Assembly (NCBI GenBank): GCA_963763775.1
Contig: CAVXPZ010000004.1
Location: 96,001 to 160,000, forward strand
Length of the DNA stretch: 64,000 nucleotides
Direction of reading: 5' to 3'
Source of the DNA: an uncultured Chloroflexia bacterium
GTDB taxonomy: Bacteria; Chloroflexota; Limnocylindria; Limnocylindrales; CSP1-4
The translations under genes were made by a program, and so were the position numbers. Below the pieces are notes generated by a model. The model saw only the letters and a program-made list of their open reading frames with translations, was not told the origin of the DNA and searched no databases. This document shows positions 1-8,471 of the stretch, piece after piece (the first letter of the stretch is position 1; each line of letters begins with the position of its first letter).

Positions 1-1513
1 CTCCCCCAACGCCACGTGGCCGGCCGTGAAGAAGGCGCTCAAGGGCGCCAGCCTCGTGATCTACATGGGCCACGGCAACGGGTTCCCGAGCCGGTACCGC
101 GACAGCCTGTACCCGCCGACCCAGAACGGCTTCGGGTTGAACCCGCAGGCCGGGACGAACGACAACACCACGCATCAGTACTTCGGGGAGAGCCGCGTCG
201 CGAGCGTCGACCTCGCGCCCGACGCCGTCGTCCTCCTCAACCATCTCTGCTATGCCAGCGGCCTCTCGGAGCCGGGGCTCGCGGAAGGGACCCTCGACCA
301 GGCCAAGCAGCGGGTCGACAACTTCGCGGCCGGGTTCATCCGGGCCGGCGCATCCGCGGTCATCGCCGAGGCGTACACCAGCCCGTCCCGGTACGTCGCC
401 GCGATCCTGGGCAGCCACCGCACGATCCAGTCGATCTGGAACACGTCGCCCACGGCGAACAGCAACACGTTCGCGTACGCGAGCGAGCGCAGCCCCGGCT
501 ACGTGGCCGAGATGGACCCCGTGAACGTCACCTCCGGCTTCGAGCGCTCGATGGTGCTCAAGCAGGGCCTCGCCTCGAGCGACGTCCAGGCCGGCGCGCG
601 CGGTACGCGACTCGGCACGACCGGCGGGTTCTCCACGGGCGACCCCGGCCTCCCGAGCCTCACGGCGACGGGCCTGCGACTCTCGGTCCCGACGATCCTC
701 GGCGCGACCAGCGTCAGCCGGCGAGCCGATCTGAAGCTGCCGTTCAGGATCAAGGACCGCGGCCGGCTGCCGAAGGTGCTCGAGGCGAGTGTCCGCTGGG
801 ATCCCGTCGACGTGGCCACCGGCGCAGCCGTGCCGTCCACGACCACGACCTCGCCCAGCCCGACGCTGCTGCTGCCCTCCAGCCCGCCCACGGACCTCGA
901 TCTGGTCGCCGCGGAGCAGACCGGCACGCTCGTCGCACCAGCCGCCCTGACGATCGGCAAGAAGAACCTCTCCATGGGCGTGAGCCTGCCGTCAGCGCCC
1001 GGTCGCTACCGCATGACGATCACGCTCCACGACCGCGATGGCGTGGCCTATGACGGCGCCACACAGGCACTTCTGCCCACGCTCATCGTCCGCGTCACGG
1101 GCGACCCGGACGGTGCGGTCCTTGCCGCGCCATCGAACACGCTGGCAGCCGGGTCCCATGTCTCGCTACCGGTGCGAGTCGTGAACCTCGGGACCGCGGC
1201 CTGGGGTCACGACCGCGTGAAGAACACCAGGGACCCGGACCGGATGTCGCCGGCGCTCGCCGCCGAGCTCGTCGGTCACTGGATCGCCCTCGGCGACGGG
1301 GCGGTCTTGACGATCCCCGCTGAGGTGAGCACGACACTCGCCCCCGGCCTCGCCCCAGGCGCGGAAGCCGACGCCCCGATCGACATCGACGTCCCGACCG
1401 TTCCCGGCGACTACATCCTGCTGCTCGACGTCGTGACGCCCGAGCACGGCTCGCTGACGGCCGTCGGCGTCGCGCCGACCATCGTCCGCGTCAAGGTCGT
1501 CGCCCCGGGCTGA
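1..1513 (+). CDS. Secreted caspase/gingipain-like (clan CD, CHAT-like) peptidase-domain protein with C-terminal Ig-like domains; probably 5'-truncated by the window edge
   Basis: ORF 26..1513 with the frame open upstream to the window edge; strand-His-Gly (VIYMGHGNG), strand-Cys (VVLLNHLCYASG) and CHAT-like FAAGFIRAGASAVIA; C-terminal V.N.G...W...LAPG...PG.Y.L Ig-like pattern. Confidence 0.6.
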   Translation, partial: SPNATWPAVKKALKGASLVIYMGHGNGFPSRYRDSLYPPTQNGFGLNPQAGTNDNTTHQYFGESRVASVDLAPDAVVLLNHLCYASGLSEPGLAEGTLDQAKQRVDNFAAGFIRAGASAVIAEAYTSPSRYVAAILGSHRTIQSIWNTSPTANSNTFAYASERSPGYVAEMDPVNVTSGFERSMVLKQGLASSDVQAGARGTRLGTTGGFSTGDPGLPSLTATGLRLSVPTILGATSVSRRADLKLPFRIKDRGRLPKVLEASVRWDPVDVATGAAVPSTTTTSPSPTLLLPSSPPTDLDLVAAEQTGTLVAPAALTIGKKNLSMGVSLPSAPGRYRMTITLHDRDGVAYDGATQALLPTLIVRVTGDPDGAVLAAPSNTLAAGSHVSLPVRVVNLGTAAWGHDRVKNTRDPDRMSPALAAELVGHWIALGDGAVLTIPAEVSTTLAPGLAPGAEADAPIDIDVPTVPGDYILLLDVVTPEHGSLTAVGVAPTIVRVKVVAPG

Positions 1514-1540
1514 CGCCGACGCCTGACCGCGATCGCGACG

Positions 1541-2086
1541 TCAGCGGCTCGCCAGCGCCTCCGCCCGCAGTTTCGCCAGGTACGCCGACGCTTCCTTGTA
1601 GTTGGGCCACGTCACGTCGTGCTCGTACGGGACCGGCGTGTCATGGAGACGGTGACCACCGTCGGGCAGGACCCCACTCGGGCCGGCGGCACGAAGCAGG
1701 TCCACGTCGAGGGTCGCGAGGTCCGCCCCGAGCTGGTGGGCCAGCGCCAGATAGTGCGCGTCGTACGCGGTCAGGCCGTAGCGCTCGATGTGGTCGACCG
1801 TCAGCAGCAGCAAGGTGCGATCCGGATCGATCGTCGTGATCGCCAAGTCCTCGAGGGCATCGACGGCTCGAAGCATCTCCTCGCTGGAATAGCGATGCTT
1901 CCGAGCCAGCGGGTTCAGGACCTCGATCCAGAACAGGGAAGGGACGAGCATCTCGCGATCGAGTCGTGCCCATCCAGCGATCGAAGCGCGGATGCCCGCG
2001 GCGGCGGGCTCGTCGCGAACGACCGCGATGCCGACCGACGCATCAAGGACGACGGGTGGCAGCTCGCTCGGCGACGCTTCGGTCAC
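1541..2086 (-). CDS. vapC: Type II TA toxin, VapC/PIN family
   Basis: PIN motifs VVLDAS, EVLN, LTAYDAHYLALA, LATLD; overlaps the upstream antitoxin by 4 nt. Confidence 0.9.
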   Translation of the reverse strand: MTEASPSELPPVVLDASVGIAVVRDEPAAAGIRASIAGWARLDREMLVPSLFWIEVLNPLARKHRYSSEEMLRAVDALEDLAITTIDPDRTLLLLTVDHIERYGLTAYDAHYLALAHQLGADLATLDVDLLRAAGPSGVLPDGGHRLHDTPVPYEHDVTWPNYKEASAYLAKLRAEALASR

Positions 2087-2397
2087 GACTCGACCTCCTT
2101 CGGAGGGTCATCCCGGTCGCGATCCATGCGGATGGCCTCGGCGGCATCCGGGTCGCCCGGTCGAGGCGGGTACTTCTCCCGCATCTCCTTGCCGAATGCC
2201 GTGAGTCGATCAAGGGCCTCCAAGCGGCGTTGACGGATGGCGTCGCGCTCCTCGGTCAGCCGACGACCGTCCTCGACCGACACCAGGTACGCCAGCGGCC
2301 GATGGTCCCGCTCGATGGCGATCCGTTCGCCCGCCGACGCAGCGTCAAGGATCTCGCCGAGTTTCAGGCGCAGCTCCGTGGCGGTGATGGTCCTCAT
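2083..2397 (-). CDS. Phd/YefM family antitoxin
   Basis: N-terminus MRTITATELRLKLGEILDAASAGERIAIER..RPLAYLV is typical of Phd/YefM; directly upstream of the PIN toxin. Confidence 0.9.
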   Translation of the reverse strand: MRTITATELRLKLGEILDAASAGERIAIERDHRPLAYLVSVEDGRRLTEERDAIRQRRLEALDRLTAFGKEMREKYPPRPGDPDAAEAIRMDRDRDDPPKEVES

Positions 2398-2433
2398 GGC
2401 TAGTCATACTAATCAGTCATCATAGCCTGTCAA
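2398..2433 (-). promoter_or_regulatory. Sigma70-type promoter of the TA operon with probable autoregulatory operator
   Basis: Minus strand TTGACA(2433-2428)-N16-TAGTAT(2411-2406), 8 nt before ATG; GGCTA..TAGCC inverted repeat and duplicated AGTCAT overlap it. Confidence 0.65.
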
Positions 2434-2452
2434 GGCGTAGGATGCCCCCGAT

Positions 2453-3076
2453 ATGACCGAATCCAACGCTGTTCCGGGCTTCGTCCCGAGCCACAACGGG
2501 CTGCACTTCGCCAACCGGTTCGAGTCGGGACCGACCGTCCGGCTCGGCTTCCTGGACCCTCGGATCGTGGGCATCGGCGACGCATCCGCCGGCCTCTGCG
2601 GCGGCATGTGCTGGTTCGTCCGCGAGCGGTTCGAGGCCGGTGTGGCGATCCCGGGCGACCAGGCGGCACCAGCGAACGGCTCGCCGCTGTTCCAGGCCAT
2701 CGTGCGCCGCCAGGTGCTGTCGCTCGACTGGCTGCGTGGCCCGCTCCGCTTCTGGCTCGCGTCCGGGATGGGTGCCGGTCCTGCGGCGCAGCGCACCCGC
2801 GAGACCGAGTGGCCGAAGCTCCGGGCGGCCATCGATCAGGGGCACCTGCCGATGCTCGGGCTCATCCGCCATACGGGCTGGAACCCGTTCGGCCTCAGCC
2901 AGGACCACCAGGTGCTGGCGTTCGCCTACTCGACCGACGGGCCGACCGGCTCGACGACGATCCGCGTCTACGACCCCAACTGGCCGGACCGCGACGACGT
3001 CACGCTCACCATCGACGCGTTCGGCCTGCGCCAGAACTCCGGCGAGCCGCTGATGGGGTTCTTCGTCCAGACCTGA
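2453..3076 (+). CDS. Hypothetical protein with papain/C39-like Cys-His-Asp motifs
   Basis: GLCGGM, DHQVLAFAY, IRVYDPNWP; TAGGAT -10-like box just upstream. Confidence 0.6.
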   Translation: MTESNAVPGFVPSHNGLHFANRFESGPTVRLGFLDPRIVGIGDASAGLCGGMCWFVRERFEAGVAIPGDQAAPANGSPLFQAIVRRQVLSLDWLRGPLRFWLASGMGAGPAAQRTRETEWPKLRAAIDQGHLPMLGLIRHTGWNPFGLSQDHQVLAFAYSTDGPTGSTTIRVYDPNWPDRDDVTLTIDAFGLRQNSGEPLMGFFVQT

Positions 3077-3107
3077 CGCCGGCCGGGCCCCCAAGCACCG
3101 GCCGGCG
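3077..3107. terminator. GC hairpin between convergent genes (probable terminator)
   Basis: CGCCGGCCGG-N11-CCGGCCGGCG; no U-tract. Confidence 0.45.
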
Positions 3108-3117
3108 CGGCTCTCGG

Positions 3118-6100
3118 CTACTGGGTGGCGTTCGCGATCTCGAGGTTCTGTGCGGGGAGCGTCGCGCCGCGATCCCGGATGATCGATGACTGGATGACGG
3201 CCGGCTCCCACCGATACGAACCGGGCGTCACCACGCGCGCGATGTAGCGGAGCTGGTGGACCGGGTTGCGGTCGCGCGTGACGCAGAAGTCCACGCGCTG
3301 ACCGTCGACCCGGAACGGGTACTCGTAGCGAGGCGACGGCGCCTTCCTCGTCCCCGGCGTCCCAGCCCGCGGGTCGCCCGAGCGGCCGCCAGGCCGGACG
3401 GAACAAGGTCCGTCACCAACCAGCAACCGTCGTCGGCACCGCTCCCCAACCCGACGTACAGGTCCACGATCACGAGGCCGTCGGCGGGGATCGGTCCCAG
3501 CCGGCTGGACCTCTCGCCGGAAGGTGGTCACGTCGTCGCCGTGCAACGACTTGGGATCCAGCGGCCCCTCCCAGCTCGTCGTCACGATGACCGACCCGCT
3601 GACCGGCGCGATCGCGGCGCCGGCCAGTTGCGCGGGTGTCAGCGACAGCCAGCTCGGGGACTCGGGAGCGATGGCCACTCGTTTCGTGGCGCCGTCCACC
3701 GTCACGGTGGCGGCGGCATCCTGACCCGGCACGCGCTCGGCCCACGAGCGTGCGGCGATCGCGCGCGGCAGGTCGATGAGCGTGTCCGTCGGAGGGTTCG
3801 CCGCGACATAGGCGTCCATGTCGGCCGCCAGCGGGTCCCCGAGCCCGGCTGCGACCATCCCCAGCAGGGCCGTGGTCGTGATGCTGGTCTCGCGGTCGTC
3901 GAGCGAGAGACGGACCCACGGTCCCTGGCGCTCGCCGTCGGCGGCGAGGATCTCGTGCTCGAGTTGCTCGGCGTACGTCTCGTCGCCGGCCGCCAGGGCG
4001 GCCACGGCGAGCCACGTCCGGTCGATCGGCGTCGCCCGCGAGAAGCGAGCTGCGGTGCGGACCTGGTCAAGGACCGGCTCGCCGAGCGCGGCCAGGCCGG
4101 CGAGCGCCACCGCGCGCCGAGCGCGCGGCTCGGCGGGCTCGCTGTAGATCGAGTCGATGAACCCGCGGAGGCCCTCGCGATCGATCCGCTGGTCGTTCGA
4201 CAACGCCGCCAGCACGGACATCTCGAGGTCCGGCGAGGCGTAGGGCAGGAGCGCCACGCCACCGCCCGGCTGCTGGAACGCCGTGACGTCGGTATCCGTG
4301 GTGCCGAGCCAGTCGGCCGGCATCGCGAAGTCGTCGCGGAGGGTGTCACGGGCGATCCGCGCCGCCAGCGCGTCGTCGACGCGACCCGTGCCGCGATCCG
4401 CGATCGAGAGCAGGATCGGCACGACCCGCCCGCGACCGCCGTCCGACAACGCGATCGTCGTGAACCCCGATGTCCCGCTCGGCAGGGTGAAACCGGTCGT
4501 CAGCGGCGCGCTCGTGGTCCGTCCCTGGACCGCACGGGTGTCGACGACGTGGATGGTGCGGATGAGGGTGTCCTTGAGCGTCGCGGCACCGGTCCCGCTC
4601 GTGGCCGCGACGGTGATCCGGTGGTCGCCCACCTTCAACGCGGGCAACGTGACACTGGCCGCGGCGAAGGCCGGCGCCGAGACCGTCGTGCCGCCGAGCC
4701 CCAGCGATGCGGCCGTGACCGTGAACGACACCGGCGCGCCCGTCCCGAGCGCCGAGCCGTAGCCACGCATCCGCAGGACGGGCGTCTCGCCCGTCAGGTA
4801 CTCGGGCGCGATCGCGGTTTCGACGAAGAACGGCTTGCCGACCGGGATCTTCACGGTCGAACCCCCGGCGTCGAGGCCACGGTCGAGGCCGGAGGCGACG
4901 ACACGCCACGACGTCAGGTCGTCTGACGTGTCGAACTCGACCGACGCCGTCCCGTCCGATGCGGTGTCCACGACCTTGAACAGCAGCCAGTCGCGGAAGT
5001 CCTCACGGTCACCACCGCCGCCGCCCGTGTCCCCGCCTTCGCTGCCGGTACTAGGCGCACGATGCGACCAGGCCGTGGCGATGACCCCGTCGCGCACCCA
5101 CGAGTAGAGGGAGTCGAGGATGTCGATGTCGTTGGCGGCGCCGATCGCGTAGAGCTTCTCGTCCACCGCCTGGACGAGCACCGTGGCGGCCACCGGATGT
5201 CCGCTCGGATCAGTCGTCCGGATCGCGATCCGGACGTGGCCCCCGGGCTCATATCGCGCGGCGTCCGGGGTGAGCGCGACCTGGAGTCGGCGGTCCGCGG
5301 TATCGAACTGCGCGCCGTACACATCGCTGACTTCGTAGGCCTTGCCCGTGAACCGGACGCCGCGGATATCGGCATTCGGCACCCAGGATCGCGGGAATGT
5401 CACAGCGAAGGCCGGGCCATCCTGCACGCGCACGGTCCGGACGCCCTGGTGCGCGACGGTGAAGAGGTACCGATCGACCGACGGGACCGGGTGGCCCGCC
5501 GTCATCGTGACGTGCACGCGATCGCCGATCGAGTACGACACGCCGTTCCCGTTCGGGTCCGTGGGGACGACGAGCCGCGGCGATGCGTCCTGGAAGTCGA
5601 CCTGCGATGCCGACGCGTCCGTGGTCGTCTCGACCTGGCGACCGGCCTCATCCGTGTACCGCGCGAGGATCCGGTACGACCGCTGTCCGCCGGTGACCTG
5701 CATGACGAGCCGATACGTCCCGGCCGCGTCGGTCGTCACCGTTCGGTCGCCGAGCTTCACGTCGCGCTCGCCGTACTCGTAGACGGGCGCGGCGCGCTTG
5801 GTGACGAAGTCGTAGGTCGTCCCGATCTTGTGCCGGGTTGGGATCACCTCGGTGATCGTCAACGTGACGCGTGCCCCGGCGCGCGGCGCCCCGGCCGGGT
5901 CGACGCCCCAGTCTCCGACGTCGGCGGTCGCCATCCTGGCGAAGTCGACATCGTTGACCGTCCCGGTGACCGTCAGGGACCGACCGTCAAGGCCGGCCGA
6001 CGCGCCGACGAGCGCGGTCGAGCGGAAGACCGCCACCGATGTGTGCCCCATGATGCTTGCCTCTTCCGGCAGCGTCGGCGAGGCGGTGATGTCCTGCCAG

Positions 6101-8214
6101 ATCCACTCGCTGGCGTCGTACTCGACCGCCGGGAGCGAGGTTTGGATGGTTGCCGCGGCCGTGCCGTCGGCGCCGGTTCGAGCCGGCTTGCTGTCGATCG
6201 TCTGGCCCTCGCCGTCGCCACTCGCCGCGACCTGGAGGTCGACGCCGCCGACCGGCGTCCCCTCGAAGAAGTTCGCCTTGACGGCCGCGGTGACCGCGGT
6301 CCCCACCAGGACGGCCCGCTGGTCCGTGGACATCTCAAGGGTGTAGGCGGGCTTGACGACCGTGCCGACCTCGAACCAGGTCGTCGTCACCTCGACGCCG
6401 TCCGCGACCAGCACGACGTTGTACGTCCCGGTCGGCAGGTCGGAGAACGCCATCTGCGTCGAGAACATCCCGGTCGACCGTGGCGTGACCTGCTGGACGA
6501 GGATCGGCACGCCGGCCGGCGAGTCCATCTCGACATGCTGCAGCCGCAGCTCGACGCGCTTCGGCGCGACACCGTCGCGCGCCCGGAGGACGCCCCACAC
6601 GTTGGCCTTGTCGGTCGCGCGCAGGAGCTGCCGGTCCGTCGCGAGGACGTGCCACCAGCGATCCGCCGTGTCGGTGCCCGTCGGCATGCCCGACTCGCAC
6701 TTGCTGCACACGGACGAGCCGCCGATCGGCACGAACACCGCTCGACCGGCACCGTCGCGGACGATCAGATAGAAGGGCGCAGGGTTCGAGCTCGCGACCC
6801 GCATCGACCGTGGTGTCGTCGAGACCCGCAGCCCGTCGGCGTCGGTCCGGCCGAGGGCGGTGCCGCCGAGCGTGACGCTGGCATGGTTCACCGGCTTGCC
6901 GTTCGAGATCGAGTTGACCCACACGACGGTGCGGGTATCGCTGACGAGCGCGTATGCCGCGAGGTCGGTGACCTGGATCAGGACCTGCTCGCGCAGGCCC
7001 GCGTGCGTCATCGTCAGGATGTAGGAGCCGGCCTTCAGGGACGACGGCAGCTGGATCCACCAACGCGTGTCGCCCTGGATCGTCGAGTGGCGGACCGCCG
7101 CTGTGGCCCGGAGGACCAGCGTGAGGCCACTCGTGGCGACGGGCGCGCCGCCTGACCGGGCCCAGTCTGGGGCCGATTCGAGTCGGGTGTCGGCGGCGGT
7201 CGCGGCCTTGAGCCCGTCGAGCCGATGCACGGTGACCGGCAGGGTCTTCGGGGCCGTGATCCGGTCGTCGCCGTTCGCGTCGTAGAACTGGATCGGGATC
7301 GCGATCGAGTCGCGCGTCCCGACGTCGGCGAGGCGATCGAAGATCGCGAGCCGATCGGCATCGGGACCGGGGCCCTTCGTCTCGAAGCGCACGGTCACGT
7401 CCCGCCCGAGCGACTGACCTGTCCCCGGGAGCGGCACGCCCTTGTGCAACGTGACGGTGTAGAGGGTCGAGGCCTTCAGCCGGCTGGACGGCACGAACGC
7501 GACGACACGACCGTGGACCTCGAAGCGGCCCGCGACGCTGGGGCGGATCTTGAAGGCGGCCTTGACCGCGTCCGCGGTAACGCCGGGCTGGTCGAACGTG
7601 AACTCGATGCCGGTGTCGCGCGGGACATCGGTCGACTCATCGGATGGCAAGGTCCCCACGACCCGGAGGGGCGTGGCGGCGGTCACGGCCCATGCCCGCG
7701 CGATGGAGCCGTCGGCTCGATGGAGCGTGAACCGATACGTGACGCCGGCGGTGAGGCGGCTGGTGGGCCGCAGGAGCATCGCGTCGCCATCGGGCGTCGC
7801 GGGCTGGAGCCGAAGGGCCGGCTGGACCTCAAGGTGCGACGCGAGCGTGGCGACCGGCGAGCCATCGAGGCTCGTGAGGCGGAAGGCCGTGTCGGTGGCG
7901 GCGCCGGCGGCGCCGTGCCTGGTCGGGACGAGCGACGCGATCGGTTTGCTCGTCGTGAGCTCGACGGCCGACCACCCGGTCGAGTCGATGACCGGCGATG
8001 TCGCGTCGGGTGCGTTCGGGTCGGGCGACCCTGCGGGCCCGTTGGGCAGGCTCGCGCTGGGGTTGGTATCGACGACGGCCGTCGTGGGCGTCGGCGATGG
8101 CGTCGGCGACCCGCAGGTGCCGGCGACAAGGGCCGTCAGGACGGTCAGGAGGAGAAGACGGGAGGCGCTGCGGTGCGCTCCCTGGGACCCTGGATCGCCG
8201 GCGAGCTTCGCCAC
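3118..8214 (-). CDS. Alpha-2-macroglobulin-like (YfaS-type) lipoprotein with N-terminal Ig-like domains; compensating frameshifts near the C-terminus
   Basis: Lipobox-like LVAGTC; SbsA-like Ig repeats; TDR...R; VDEKLYA; bait-like GGDTGGGG followed by REDFRD..F and DDLTSWRV; C-terminal Y.ARVVTPGSY; ORF 3228..3473 supplies a missing segment. Confidence 0.8.
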   Translation of the reverse strand: MAKLAGDPGSQGAHRSASRLLLLTVLTALVAGTCGSPTPSPTPTTAVVDTNPSASLPNGPAGSPDPNAPDATSPVIDSTGWSAVELTTSKPIASLVPTRHGAAGAATDTAFRLTSLDGSPVATLASHLEVQPALRLQPATPDGDAMLLRPTSRLTAGVTYRFTLHRADGSIARAWAVTAATPLRVVGTLPSDESTDVPRDTGIEFTFDQPGVTADAVKAAFKIRPSVAGRFEVHGRVVAFVPSSRLKASTLYTVTLHKGVPLPGTGQSLGRDVTVRFETKGPGPDADRLAIFDRLADVGTRDSIAIPIQFYDANGDDRITAPKTLPVTVHRLDGLKAATAADTRLESAPDWARSGGAPVATSGLTLVLRATAAVRHSTIQGDTRWWIQLPSSLKAGSYILTMTHAGLREQVLIQVTDLAAYALVSDTRTVVWVNSISNGKPVNHASVTLGGTALGRTDADGLRVSTTPRSMRVASSNPAPFYLIVRDGAGRAVFVPIGGSSVCSKCESGMPTGTDTADRWWHVLATDRQLLRATDKANVWGVLRARDGVAPKRVELRLQHVEMDSPAGVPILVQQVTPRSTGMFSTQMAFSDLPTGTYNVVLVADGVEVTTTWFEVGTVVKPAYTLEMSTDQRAVLVGTAVTAAVKANFFEGTPVGGVDLQVAASGDGEGQTIDSKPARTGADGTAAATIQTSLPAVEYDASEWIWQDITASPTLPEEASIMGHTSVAVFRSTALVGASAGLDGRSLTVTGTVNDVDFARMATADVGDWGVDPAGAPRAGARVTLTITEVIPTRHKIGTTYDFVTKRAAPVYEYGERDVKLGDRTVTTDAAGTYRLVMQVTGGQRSYRILARYTDEAGRQVETTTDASASQVDFQDASPRLVVPTDPNGNGVSYSIGDRVHVTMTAGHPVPSVDRYLFTVAHQGVRTVRVQDGPAFAVTFPRSWVPNADIRGVRFTGKAYEVSDVYGAQFDTADRRLQVALTPDAARYEPGGHVRIAIRTTDPSGHPVAATVLVQAVDEKLYAIGAANDIDILDSLYSWVRDGVIATAWSHRAPSTGSEGGDTGGGGGDREDFRDWLLFKVVDTASDGTASVEFDTSDDLTSWRVVASGLDRGLDAGGSTVKIPVGKPFFVETAIAPEYLTGETPVLRMRGYGSALGTGAPVSFTVTAASLGLGGTTVSAPAFAAASVTLPALKVGDHRITVAATSGTGAATLKDTLIRTIHVVDTRAVQGRTTSAPLTTGFTLPSGTSGFTTIALSDGGRGRVVPILLSIADRGTGRVDDALAARIARDTLRDDFAMPADWLGTTDTDVTAFQQPGGGVALLPYASPDLEMSVLAALSNDQRIDREGLRGFIDSIYSEPAEPRARRAVALAGLAALGEPVLDQVRTAARFSRATPIDRTWLAVAALAAGDETYAEQLEHEILAADGERQGPWVRLSLDDRETSITTTALLGMVAAGLGDPLAADMDAYVAANPPTDTLIDLPRAIAARSWAERVPGQDAAATVTVDGATKRVAIAPESPSWLSLTPAQLAGAAIAPVSGSVIVTTSWEGPLDPKSLHGDDVTTFRREVQPAGTDPRRRPRDRGPVRRVGERCRRRLLVGDGPCSVRPGGRSGDPRAGTPGTRKAPSPRYEYPFRVDGQRVDFCVTRDRNPVHQLRYIARVVTPGSYRWEPAVIQSSIIRDRGATLPAQNLEIANATQ

Positions 8215-8471
8215 GATCGCGCCACCCTTCGGGCCGGCGGGCGTTGGTGGTCCGTGTTGATCCGACCCGCCCTACGACGTGCGGGGCGCGGGAGTCGTGA
8301 CTCGCGCCTCGCAAACGCAGCATGGACGCTCGTGGCACGAATGGCTAGAGCCGGTCGGCAGGTTGGCGGTCATGTCACGGTCAAGTCCACCCTCACCTCC
8401 TAGTTATGTGCCGTACCAAGGCTGTCGGGATCCACGACGCCCAGCGATATCGCTGTGTCTATCCTGGCGAC

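Noticed and set aside
3256-7155. Long antisense and alternative-frame ORFs here and throughout the window
   Set aside because: Expected shadow ORFs in high-GC DNA; low-complexity R/G/P composition and no recognisable motifs.
8265-8285. Possible left att copy (CCTACGACG) matching 12171-12180
   Set aside because: The match is too short and degenerate, and no integrase is nearby.
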